Assembly: GCA_052035095.1 (NCBI GenBank)
Contig: JBPOHW010000003.1
Span: 1,807-65,806, forward strand
Origin: Candidatus Moraniibacteriota bacterium
GTDB lineage: Bacteria > Patescibacteriota > Minisyncoccia > Moranbacterales > UBA1568
DNA: 64,000 bases
Direction: 5' to 3'
Below the pieces are notes generated by a model. It made no database searches, was not told the DNA's origin, and saw only the letters and a program-made list of their open reading frames with translations. Of this stretch, positions 39,394-46,922 are shown in pieces. The position numbers and the translations under genes are program-made. Position 1 is the stretch's first letter. Each line of letters starts with the position of its first letter.

Positions 39394-39951
39394 CTACACC
39401 GTCATAATTTCTCCTTCTTTTTTCTTCCGGAGTTCTTCGATGCGAGCGTTATAGGTTTCAACCACATCTTGAAGCGCGTCCTTACCCTGAAATTTATCAT
39501 CCTCGCTCATCCCGCCTTCTTTTTCGCGCGCCTGAATTTCCTTCCACGCATCCTCGCGGATCGTACGAACCGCGATGCGCGCCTCTTCGGCAAGGCGGTT
39601 GAGCGCCTTTACCAAATCCTTCCGGCGTTCCTCGGTGAGAGGCGGTAGCGACAATCGAATCACTTGACCGTCATTTGCCGGATTGAGTCCCAGATTCGCT
39701 TCACGGATCGCCGCCTCGATCATAACAAGCGTCCCCTTATCCCATGGGGAAATAACAATAAGTTTCGCTTCGGGAGCGGATACGCTCGCGATTTGTTTCA
39801 GAGGAGACCGGGTATTGTAATAATCAACGAGGATATGATCAACCAAGGCTGGCGTCGCCCGCCCGGTTCGCAATTTTGCCATTTCTTCGGAAAAATGCGC
39901 GATGGCTTCTTCAAACAACTCCGTGTGATCCGCAATGATAGTTTGATACAT
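39394..39951 (-). CDS. frr: Ribosome recycling factor
   Basis: 185 aa, ...LRTGRATPALVDHILVDYYN...RLSLPPLTEERRKDLVK... typical RRF sequence. Confidence 0.9.
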   Translation of the reverse strand: MYQTIIADHTELFEEAIAHFSEEMAKLRTGRATPALVDHILVDYYNTRSPLKQIASVSAPEAKLIVISPWDKGTLVMIEAAIREANLGLNPANDGQVIRLSLPPLTEERRKDLVKALNRLAEEARIAVRTIREDAWKEIQAREKEGGMSEDDKFQGKDALQDVVETYNARIEELRKKKEGEIMTV

Positions 39952-39955
39952 AGGT

Positions 39956-41017
39956 TTAATTGAAGGTTCGGAGTCCCAAGTATATCACATTCGGGTCCGA
40001 CGAGTCATATTTGATCATACCCGCGGCGCGATTCGCTTTGAGTTGATACACTGACCAATTCGTCCCGCCGTCAATCGACTTGTATATCGCGAGTGCCGAG
40101 CTGTACATAATTTCATTCGAATTCTTGGGACTTACCGCTACCGCCCGCACCGAAAATTCCTTCGAACTCTCGATAACCGGAAGCTCCTCCCACGCATCTC
40201 CGAAATCGCGACTCCGAAAGAGCCCCTTCTCGGTTCCCGCGTAGAGCGTCCCCGAACGAGACGGGTCAATCGAAAGCGACGTCACCTTTGGAAGTGACAC
40301 CGTGATGGATCGCCGCGACGATCCCGCTCCCGGTATCGCTTCGAAAGAATCGCCGCCGTTTTTTGATCGAAGAAGTCCCTTCCCCGACGTAAGGGCGTAG
40401 AGCGTCTCGCCACCCGCGTCAAACGCAAACGAAAGAATCGCCGTCTCGGCGCCGGGAAGATTCCCCCACGTGAGTCCGCCATCCGTCGTCCGGATAATCA
40501 CACCCGCGCTCGTCCCGACATAGAGCGTCGAGGCGTTCTTGGGATGCTGGATGAGCGCCGTCACGACCGTGCCCGTATTCGGCTCGGCATAGACTTCGTC
40601 CCACTTCCCGCCGCGATCATCGCTTCGGTAGAGCTTCCCCCGCCCTTCCCACTCTCCCGCCGCGTAGAGCCGCTCGGGGCGACTCCAATCCGCGACAAGT
40701 CCGTATGTCTTAGTCGGCGGAAAGTTCATCTTTTTCCATGTGTCGCCGCCGTTTTCACTCATAAAAATCCCATTCTCCCGCGTCCCCACAGTAATCCGTT
40801 GCGAATTTCCAGATTCAAACACAAAGGAAAGAATATTCGCCGGCGAAATAGTCGTCTTAGCATCAATCGTCACCTTGGGCACATACGTTTTCCCGCCGTC
40901 CACCGACTTCATCACCGCCGCCCCCGTCCCCGACGGAGATCCGCCCGGCAATGAACACCCGGAGAGCGCAAGCACTCCTATCAAAAGCGGTATCGCAAAA
41001 AAAAGTGTCTTTTTCAT
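39956..41017 (-). CDS. Lipoprotein with BNR/Asp-box repeats (sialidase-like beta-propeller)
   Basis: Lipobox LLIGVLALSGCS; repeated SxDxGxTW motifs (SENGGDTW, SDDRGGKW, TTDGGLTW, SIDGGTNW). Confidence 0.55.
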   Translation of the reverse strand: MKKTLFFAIPLLIGVLALSGCSLPGGSPSGTGAAVMKSVDGGKTYVPKVTIDAKTTISPANILSFVFESGNSQRITVGTRENGIFMSENGGDTWKKMNFPPTKTYGLVADWSRPERLYAAGEWEGRGKLYRSDDRGGKWDEVYAEPNTGTVVTALIQHPKNASTLYVGTSAGVIIRTTDGGLTWGNLPGAETAILSFAFDAGGETLYALTSGKGLLRSKNGGDSFEAIPGAGSSRRSITVSLPKVTSLSIDPSRSGTLYAGTEKGLFRSRDFGDAWEELPVIESSKEFSVRAVAVSPKNSNEIMYSSALAIYKSIDGGTNWSVYQLKANRAAGMIKYDSSDPNVIYLGLRTFN

Positions 41018-41084
41018 ACTTCTAGCTAGCTTAATATTGTTTTTTGTTGTTTGTTGTCAGTTGGAAGTTGTAAGTTCAAAACGG

Positions 41085-41157
41085 TGGGTCGGGTGGGAAT
41101 CGAACCCACGACCGTTGGCTTAAAAGGCCACTGCTCTACCGACTGAGCTACCGACCC
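41085..41157 (-). tRNA. tRNA-Lys (anticodon TTT)
   Basis: Reverse complement GGGTCGGTAGCTCAGTCGGTAGAGCAGTGGCCTTTTAAGCCAACGGTCGTGGGTTCGATTCCCACCCGACCCA folds as a cloverleaf with anticodon loop CTTTTAA; CCA not encoded. Confidence 0.85.
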
Positions 41158-41208
41158 GTATCTACATATCCATCGTTTTACTTGGTGGGAAAAACCAACG
41201 ATATTCTT

Positions 41209-41255
41209 CTTAAAAGCCCGCCAGCTGGCGGGTCTACCGACTGAGCTACCGACCC
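41209..41255 (-). repeat. Partial tRNA-Lys copy (acceptor+D arm, 23 nt identical) joined through a 16-nt perfect palindrome CCCGCCAGCTGGCGGG to a copy of the anticodon loop
   Basis: tctaccgactgagctaccgaccc at 41233-41255 equals 41135-41157; palindrome at 41217-41232; cttaaaag repeated. Confidence 0.5.
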
Positions 41256-41346
41256 GGTTCTACGATGGACGAACAAAAACAGGACAAGAGACGCCCCATC
41301 AAAGGGAATTGTAGCACGAAACCGCGAGGCGTCAATGAAAACCCTC

Positions 41347-42668
41347 TTATCTCTTCGGCGCGATCACGTCCTTCCCGACAAAGGGGCGGAGAACTTCCGG
41401 CACGACGACACTGCCGTCCGCTTGTTGGTAATTTTCGAGGATGGCGATCGCGGGGCGAATGGAAGGCATTGCCGTATTGTTGAGCATATAGACGTACTTT
41501 TTTTCGCCCGTTTCTGGATCGCGATATTTCACATTGAGGCGGCGCGCCTGCCAATCGAGGAAGTTCGATGCCGAGCCCGTCTCTGCCCACCGATTCGTTC
41601 CCGGAAGCCACGCCTCGATATCGAAGGCGCGATATTTCCCCGCGCCCATATCACCCGTGCATATTTGAATCTGCCGATACGAAAGCCCGAGCTCGCGATG
41701 CATCTCGGCGGAAAGCTCCTTCATCTCTTCCTGAAGCGCGTCTGCCTTTTCGATATCCGCCGCCGCGAGCACCACCTGTTCCACTTTCATAAATTCATGC
41801 ACGCGGTAGAGCCCCTTGGTATCTTTGCCGTAGCTCCCGATCTCACTGCGATAGCACTGACTCCACCCGCACAGTCGAATCGGCAGACTCGCCCCATCAA
41901 GTGTCTCGCCCGAATAGTACGCGAGAAGCGACGGCTCGGCGGTCCCCACCAAAAATTTTTGCTCTTTGGACGCGCTTCCGTCCGATTCTTTATCTCGAGT
42001 CGCCACCTGATATATTTCATCCACCTCGCCATTGTATTCGGTTCCTTTGAAGTATCCGCTCCCAAAGAGCGGGAAACCCTTTACCAAGGTCGGCGGAATC
42101 ATCGGCATATATCCCTTTTCCACCATCTTCCGAAGCGCGTACTGCATAAGCCCCATTACGAGAAGCGCACCCTCGTTTTTCCAGTAGTATCCGCGGTAGC
42201 CCGCCACTTTCGCTCCGCGTTCGAGGTCGAGAATGTCGAGCATATTCCCGAGTTCGATATGCGTGCGAGGCGCAAAATCAAACTTTTTCGGCTCACCCCA
42301 CGTCGCGATTTCCGCATTCTCGGCGTCGCTCTTCCCGATCGGCGTGTCCGGCGACGGCACCGTCGGCGCTTCCGAGAGAAGTCGCTCGAAACGCTCCCGT
42401 GCCTCGCGACACTTCGGCTCGAGTTCCTCCGTCTTCGCTTTGATTTCTTTCGCTTTCGCCAAAATATCCGCCCGTTCCTCCGGTGTCGCTTTGGCGATAA
42501 GGTCATTGATATCGTTCTTGAGCGAATACAGTTCCTCCAGTTCTTGCTGAAGCTTTACTCGCTCCGCGTCCGCCGAGAGGAGCACCTCCACATCAAATGA
42601 AAGATTTTTATCCTTCGCCGCTTTCGCCACTTCCGCCTTGTGATCGCGAATGTATTGTATATCAAGCA
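41347..42668 (-). CDS. serS: Seryl-tRNA synthetase
   Basis: N-terminal coiled-coil arm, class II motifs (…FRSE…, …GLGLERL-like) ; start chosen at ATG MLDIQYIRD (ORF extends to a TTG at 42687). Confidence 0.9.
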
Positions 42669-42709
42669 TAGGAATTAAGACGCTCAAAATTTACGCTGAA
42701 TGTAAAACT

Positions 42710-42799
42710 TGGCGGAGGCGGGAGGATTCGAACCTCCGAGACCATTTCTGGCCTAACAGTTTTCAAGACTGTCTGTTTCAACCACTCACACACGCCTCC
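42710..42799 (-). tRNA. tRNA-Ser (anticodon TGA), CCA encoded
   Basis: Reverse complement GGAGGCGTGTGTGAGTGGTTGAAACAGACAGTCTTGAAAACTGTTAGGCCAGAAATGGTCTCGGAGGTTCGAATCCTCCCGCCTCCGCCA; long variable arm; anticodon loop CTTGAAA. Confidence 0.85.
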
Positions 42800-42901
42800 G
42801 TATACGATATATTCCATAATCTTCCCCTCCAGACTATCAAGAAAAACACCGCCTGTAAAACGTGATATACTGTCTTTATCAGTCGTTTCATTCACTTCCC
42901 T

Positions 42902-43363
42902 ATGGAGCAAACATCCCCTCCCCTTCGATGGACGGCGCCGGAATTCGATTTGTCATCGACGCGCGCGCCACTTCTCCTCATACTGGTCTTTCTCGGTATG
43001 GTGGTCTACGCCCTCATCGAAAACAGCCCCATTATGGCGATCACCTTCGTCCTCCTTGGAACCGTCACCTTTCTCCATAGCCGCAAACCCCCGAGAACAC
43101 TCAACTGTGCCCTCACAAAAGACGGCCTTACGGTGGGGCAAGAACTCTATCCCCTCGACAATATCGCCTCGTTTTGGATCATCTATGAACCCGGTGAGCA
43201 GAGCCTTTTCCTCAAAACCAAAGGCTCGCTCATCGCTTCCGTCCGCGTCCCGCTCGGAAATATGAGCCCGAATACGCTCCGAGAAGCCCTGATAGGAAAC
43301 ATTCGCGAAGAAAAGTACGAACCCACCATTCTTGACACCCTCTCCCGTTTCCTGCATATTTGA
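42902..43363 (+). CDS. Hypothetical membrane protein
   Basis: 153 aa, two N-terminal TM helices, no recognisable motif. Confidence 0.35.
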   Translation: MEQTSPPLRWTAPEFDLSSTRAPLLLILVFLGMVVYALIENSPIMAITFVLLGTVTFLHSRKPPRTLNCALTKDGLTVGQELYPLDNIASFWIIYEPGEQSLFLKTKGSLIASVRVPLGNMSPNTLREALIGNIREEKYEPTILDTLSRFLHI

Positions 43364-43382
43364 ATGACGAAAGGGCGATTTC

Positions 43383-43455
43383 GTCTTCGTAGCTCAGTGG
43401 ATAGAGCGTCTGGTTGCGGTCCAGAAGGTCGCAGGTTCGATTCCTGCCGAGGACA
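43383..43455 (+). tRNA. tRNA-Arg (anticodon read as GCG)
   Basis: GTCTTCGTAGCTCAGTGGATAGAGCGTCTGGTTGCGGTCCAGAAGGTCGCAGGTTCGATTCCTGCCGAGGACA; 7-bp acceptor stem, anticodon loop TTGCGGT; no CCA. Confidence 0.8.
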
Positions 43456-43487
43456 CACATAAAAAAGTCCTTGACGTGTCTGATTGT

Positions 43488-43546
43488 GGTCCAGAAGGTC
43501 GCAGGTTCCCTGCCTGCCGGCAGGCAGGGATTCCTGCCGAGGACAC
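43488..43546 (+). repeat. Partial copy of tRNA-Arg 3' half carrying a 20-nt perfect palindrome (CCTGCCTGCCGGCAGGCAGG) inserted in the T-loop between positions 56 and 57
   Basis: ggtccagaaggtcgcaggttc + palindrome + gattcctgccgaggacac; preceded by GTCCTTG that could pair with the 3' CGAGGAC. Confidence 0.5.
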
Positions 43547-43570
43547 GACACGCGAATAAGAGAGATAAAA

Positions 43571-43595
43571 AACGAGCCTCTCGGCTCGTTTTTTG
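43571..43595 (+). terminator. Rho-independent terminator after the tRNA-Arg locus
   Basis: AACGAGCC-TCTC-GGCTCGTT followed by TTTTT. Confidence 0.5.
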
Positions 43596-43616
43596 ATATC
43601 CCGAAGATATTCCTTT

Positions 43617-44174
43617 CTATGTCGCACTCCAGAAGCTCATCATAATACCAAGGTCTCGCGTATTGACCACATTGTCGGTATTTACATCGGCGGCAAGTCC
43701 GGTCCCGGTCTGAAGCCACTGCCCAACCAAGGTGACAAAATCCGAAAGACTGTAGGTACGCGTCTGAGTATTCACTGAGACGCTCGTTGACTTGTTCGAC
43801 TCACCAAAGCCGCTATAGGAGGAAACAGCATACACGTATGTCCCGGCGGTTAATCCTGTATCCGAATAGGTTGTCGTGGTCGAGTTGGTCGTCCCCACCT
43901 GCGCGGTCGGCGTACACCCAGTCCCGGCGCATCGGTACACTCTATATCCCGCGAGCCACCCATCAGTCACAGCACCCCACGAGAGATTGATCTGTGTCGG
44001 AGAGGATGATGATCCCGTAAGTCCCGTCGGCACCGGTGGCGCTTGCGCCGGTGGTGGAGGTGGCGGCGGAAGAGTCTGGGCAAGCGTTGCCGGAAGGAAG
44101 GCGATAAAAGCAATTGAAAGGAGACCGACGAATACTCCGAAAATGACCTTTGTTTTGTTCGAGAGTTGCTTCAT
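43617..44174 (-). CDS. Secreted fibronectin-type-III + dockerin-like protein
   Basis: Signal peptide, poly-Pro linker, FN3-like INLSWGAVTDG...YRVYR...YVYAVSSY, C-terminal DVNTDNVVNTRDLGIMMSFW dockerin-type Ca-binding repeat. Confidence 0.5.
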   Translation of the reverse strand: MKQLSNKTKVIFGVFVGLLSIAFIAFLPATLAQTLPPPPPPPAQAPPVPTGLTGSSSSPTQINLSWGAVTDGWLAGYRVYRCAGTGCTPTAQVGTTNSTTTTYSDTGLTAGTYVYAVSSYSGFGESNKSTSVSVNTQTRTYSLSDFVTLVGQWLQTGTGLAADVNTDNVVNTRDLGIMMSFWSAT

Positions 44175-44231
44175 AGAGAGTTTTGTTATGGTTATTGAAT
44201 ATTGCACTATTACGTTTCACTCTCGAGGCGA

Positions 44232-46073
44232 TTATCGAACTCGAATGAGGATTCTCCGCACTGTCCGATTGCCCGCTTCGTCATAGGCAGTGAGCTGGAA
44301 GGTGTGGATACCGGTCGGCGCATCCGCGGGGATATTGAAGGACTTGCTCTTCGTTGACTTTGATTTGCCGAGGAACGTGTAGCGGTAATGATCCATTTCG
44401 TCATTATCCTTCGCCATCCACCACACCTTTTCGCCGCGCGCCTTCATCAGAAAGAGGGGGAGATCGGTAATTTCCGGATCCTCGCTATCAATCTTGACCC
44501 GATACTCGCTCGACTTCTCGATTTCGGCGCCACTCGCGTTTACGTAGCGGACGCGGTATTCATAGGTGCCATTCTTCTTCTCCTTCACCCGAAGCGACCA
44601 CTTACCGTCGCTCCCGACTTTCTCGCTCGTTTTCAATTTTCCCTCGCGGTAAATTTCCACCATCCCGCCCGAAAGCTCGGCATCCGTTCCGCTAAACGAT
44701 ATTGTTTTCTCGCTTGTCAAGATCTTTTCCGAATTCGAGAAGTTCCCGGTCGTGTCCATAATCTTTACCTTGCGTCCCTTGCAAGACTGCTCGACAACTG
44801 GACTCCCGCCCGTACATCCCGAAGGCGAGGAGCTAGTAATAGAGCGCGTCTGCTTCCCCTTGGTACAATTCCCCCAGTCGGAGTATTCAAAGCTTGTACA
44901 GGTATTGTCCGTCGGCGGAGTATAAGTGCAGGCTTCACTTGATGCCGGAGGCGTACCGCCCGAGCATCCCGAAGGAACACCGGTCACGGTTCGGGTTCGG
45001 GTATTGTTCGGTTGGCAATCACCCCAAATGGATGTATTGAAGCTCGTGCAGGTCGTTCCACCACCCGTATAGGTACAATCCTGAACTGACGCCGGCGGGT
45101 TACCACCTGTACACCCCGAAGGAACGCCCGTTACTGTCCGTGTCTGAGTATTGTTTGGCTGACAGGTGCCCCATGCAGACGTATTGAAACTCGTGCAGGT
45201 CGGCGACACATAGGTGCACGCTTGCGTCAAGTCGGGTGTCGCCCCACCACTACAACCGGTCGGTATACCGGACACCACTGCTCGCGTTTGGGTATTGTTT
45301 GGTTGGCAGGTGCCCCAGTTCGAATAATTGTAGTCCGTGCATACCGGCGCTCCAACCAGCGCTCGAATACCGGAAACTCCATTCAAAAGATCATTTCCCC
45401 CACCATTATCTTCAATCACATCCGAATCAGTCTCGTTGTTGGCACCACTAAACGTATAGAGAATATTATTGGTCGTCGAGGTCACATTGCGAAGCGCTTT
45501 GAAAGTCAGTGTCGCCACCAAGCCGGAGTGGCTATTGACTCCCGGCGAAGGCTTTGCAAGCGTCAACGAGATTTTTCCATTTGCCGCGTCGTCATCTATA
45601 ATCTGACAAGGATTTCCTTGGTATACACAGGTATTTCCCGTAGCAAATATCGAGCCACTCGTATTCCAACCGGTCAATTGAAAGTCCGCCTGATTGTAGG
45701 TCACCATCGCTCGTACCGCCACCGCATCGACACCGCCCGTATCAACCAGAAGCTCCACATCAAAGGTTTCGTCTTGCGCCACGTTGATCACTCCGGAAGT
45801 CGCCTGCGGAGAATCCATCGATAAGGTCGCCTGACCGCTCGCTTTGGAAAGGCTCTCGATCTCGAGCGAGACACTCCAAACGAAAGACACGAAAGCGCCC
45901 GAAACAAAGGCGAGCATAAAAAGCCCCTGCCATGTCTTGACGCGCGTGCGCGCTATGAATACCCATGACTTCCCGAGAAGCGGAAGCGACTCATTCGCCA
46001 GTTTGTCTACCTGGCGTTGCAGGGTTCCTCCCACTTGGAGCGGATCCTTTTTTTGTTTTTCTCCGTTATTCAT
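44232..46073 (-). CDS. Large secreted/membrane-anchored protein with a cohesin-like domain, four tandem Cys-rich repeats of about 48 aa, and C-terminal Ig-like domains
   Basis: N-terminal TM; FDVELLVDTGGVDAVAVRAMVTYNQADFQLTG...GLVATLTFKAL resembles cohesin; repeats TCTSFNTSAWGTCQPNNTQTRTVTGVPSGCTGG x4. Confidence 0.45.
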   Translation of the reverse strand: MNNGEKQKKDPLQVGGTLQRQVDKLANESLPLLGKSWVFIARTRVKTWQGLFMLAFVSGAFVSFVWSVSLEIESLSKASGQATLSMDSPQATSGVINVAQDETFDVELLVDTGGVDAVAVRAMVTYNQADFQLTGWNTSGSIFATGNTCVYQGNPCQIIDDDAANGKISLTLAKPSPGVNSHSGLVATLTFKALRNVTSTTNNILYTFSGANNETDSDVIEDNGGGNDLLNGVSGIRALVGAPVCTDYNYSNWGTCQPNNTQTRAVVSGIPTGCSGGATPDLTQACTYVSPTCTSFNTSAWGTCQPNNTQTRTVTGVPSGCTGGNPPASVQDCTYTGGGTTCTSFNTSIWGDCQPNNTRTRTVTGVPSGCSGGTPPASSEACTYTPPTDNTCTSFEYSDWGNCTKGKQTRSITSSSPSGCTGGSPVVEQSCKGRKVKIMDTTGNFSNSEKILTSEKTISFSGTDAELSGGMVEIYREGKLKTSEKVGSDGKWSLRVKEKKNGTYEYRVRYVNASGAEIEKSSEYRVKIDSEDPEITDLPLFLMKARGEKVWWMAKDNDEMDHYRYTFLGKSKSTKSKSFNIPADAPTGIHTFQLTAYDEAGNRTVRRILIRVR

Positions 46074-46160
46074 AGCGCCGCAACAAAAAAATTAGAGACT
46101 TAACTTAAATATTTTCTTAAGTGTACACTCAAATACGCAATACAAGAAGAACTCACCGTC

Positions 46161-46628
46161 TCACAAGGAAGCGTCGAACGATTTCAATATGTCCGCGATA
46201 GCGACGATTCCCGTCATAGCACCGGAATCTCCCACCACCGGAAAGACACTCAAGCCGGTCTCTTTGAATTTTTTGATAAGATCCTTGACGGGAAGCGATT
46301 CGGGGACCGTCTGGCACGGCGAACTCATAATATCTTTGGCTTTGGCCTGCATCAAGCGGTCTACCATTTCGCGCCGACTGCCGCTCATTTCGCTTACGAC
46401 TCGCATCTTCCGCATAAAATCAATATACGATGGGAGATAAATACTCGACGAATCCTTCGTAAAAAAATCTGTCTCCGTGATAATACCAACTATCTTTCCT
46501 CCCTCGAGAACCGGAACACCGTGAATGCGATGCTCGGTAAGAAGCGAGGCGACTTTCTGGAGCGGCTCTTCCGGTTCGACCGAAATAACCGCACTCGTCA
46601 TAATGTCTTTCACGGGAGAGTCTTCCAT
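46161..46628 (-). CDS. CBS-domain pair protein
   Basis: Two CBS motifs (VKDIMTSAVISV...GVPVL, AKDIMSSPCQTV...VFPVV). Confidence 0.7.
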   Translation of the reverse strand: MEDSPVKDIMTSAVISVEPEEPLQKVASLLTEHRIHGVPVLEGGKIVGIITETDFFTKDSSSIYLPSYIDFMRKMRVVSEMSGSRREMVDRLMQAKAKDIMSSPCQTVPESLPVKDLIKKFKETGLSVFPVVGDSGAMTGIVAIADILKSFDASL

Positions 46629-46864
46629 ATGAACAACACAAAACAGTAAAACCGAAAAACCGGTACCCGCAGTATACACGAATATTGATTTTCCGTAAAA
46701 GTACCTTCTCGATGTGTGTCAAGACTCAAGCCGATACCCACCAATATCCCCTTTACAAAAGCTGAAAAAAAGAGAGGATGGAGTTGGAAGCCCGCCCGCA
46801 ACGCTTTGCCCGTCAGCAACGCTTGAAGCGTAGCTTCTACGGGCTGGCGTAGCGATACGAGCGA

Positions 46865-46916
46865 GTTGTCAGTCGCCAGTCGCCAGTCGTCAGTTGTCAG
46901 TTGTGAGTTGTGAGTC
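46865..46916. repeat. Short tandem hexa/heptanucleotide repeats (GTCGCCA/GTTGTCA/GTTGTGA variants) upstream of recG
   Basis: gttgtcagtcgccagtcgccagtcgtcagttgtcagttgtgagttgtgagtc. Confidence 0.4.
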
Positions 46917-46922
46917 AACCCT

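Noticed and set aside
41335-42600. 421-aa + strand ORF
   Set aside because: Antisense to serS, which has clear class II synthetase motifs.
43183-43719. 178-aa - strand ORF spanning the tRNA-Arg locus
   Set aside because: Runs antisense through a tRNA and its partial copy. Not a plausible gene.
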